IMG/VR virus record: IMGVR_UViG_3300032247_000063
Span: 1-26,340 of that record
Reading direction: 5' to 3' (one strand)
DNA from: a virus
Lineage: Duplodnaviria > Caudoviricetes
DNA length: 26,340 nucleotides
Numbering within the stretch: position 1 is the stretch's first letter; each line of letters opens with the position of its first letter. This document shows positions 25,990 through 26,340 of this stretch, piece by piece. The notes beneath the pieces were generated by a model, which did not search any database, was not told where the DNA came from, and saw only the letters and a program-made list of their open reading frames with translations. The position numbers were made by a program, and so were the translations under genes.

Positions 25990-26325
25990 TTAGCACATCC
26001 TACCTTTAGTTTTACCGCGCTGGGCTATGCCATCACCACGGGACGATGCAGAGACTGAACCGCCCTTCTTCATACCTGAAATCATCCCACGCCCAGATGC
26101 GACGTTGGGGGAATTAAAGATTGACTTGGCCCGCAATTCATTCATCTGGTCTTCAGTCAAATCACCTTGTGCAGAGTCAGCGTACCTATCCGCAATAGCT
26201 TTTTGCCTAGCAGCTTCTTCTACTTGCCGACCAACGCTGGGGCCTGAAGAGCCACGGGAGCCGCCAAAAAGCCCACTTACGGCATCACCAATACCTCTAA
26301 TCCCATTTTCAATAAAGTTACCCAT
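25990..26325 (-). CDS. Hypothetical protein with C-terminal RGDGIAQRGKT tag
   Basis: 111 aa; AGGAG SD 6 nt upstream; ends MKKGGSVSASSRGDGIAQRGKTKGRMC. Confidence 0.8.
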   Translation of the reverse strand: MGNFIENGIRGIGDAVSGLFGGSRGSSGPSVGRQVEEAARQKAIADRYADSAQGDLTEDQMNELRAKSIFNSPNVASGRGMISGMKKGGSVSASSRGDGIAQRGKTKGRMC

Positions 26326-26340
26326 GTCGTACTCCTAGCA

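Noticed and set aside
23520-26045. RGD tripeptides in two of the tags as integrin-binding motifs
   Set aside because: The other two copies read RAD and the context is a bacteriophage; coincidental.
4138-26338. Plus-strand ORFs such as 4138-5022, 7605-8198, 15191-15523, 16718-17407, 25191-25820
   Set aside because: Antisense shadows of Gly/Ala-rich genes (poly-Pro from ccN codons); the minus strand is already fully tiled by coupled genes.
26335-26340. TGC TAG at the window edge suggesting another upstream gene ending in Cys, possibly a fifth tagged protein
   Set aside because: Only two codons are visible; frame and tag cannot be verified.
1-26340. Terminators, promoters, tRNAs, integrase/att sites, stop-codon reassignment
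   Set aside because: Intergenic gaps are about 10 nt or less, no convincing hairpin-U tract or cloverleaf was seen, and genes are full-length in the standard code with all three stops used.

Overview
The window is one uninterrupted, minus-strand, tightly coupled (ATGA/TAATG overlaps) late-gene module of a tailed dsDNA phage with podovirus-type gene order, most like uncultured aquatic phages (host unknown; a Gram-negative host is inferred). In transcription order (right to left): a cluster of small/medium Lys/Met/Gly-rich proteins, two head-tail adaptor-like genes, paralogous tail structural genes, a 1326-aa Gly-rich/LamG/SPRY tail-fibre adhesin, a lysis cassette (3TM holin + M15 peptidase), a tail nozzle/stabilisation protein, then putative internal virion/ejection proteins with an interposed GNAT acetyltransferase, and a >1080-aa HExxH-containing protein running off the left edge (absent from the ORF track). 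The most unusual signals are (i) four consecutive, otherwise unrelated proteins that end in the same ~22-aa basic tag (GG..SAS.R[GA]DG[IV]A.[KR]GKT), and (ii) about 20 copies of a hydrophobic-[A/K/S]-x-G-G motif in nine non-tail proteins, where it borders variable modules, including an outer-membrane-beta-strand-like insert and a domain resembling the processed C-terminus of tape measure proteins. Together these suggest an undescribed di-glycine processing / capsid cargo-tagging system. This is a hypothesis from visual pattern reading; no searches were run. No RNA genes, CRISPR arrays or mobile elements were seen.
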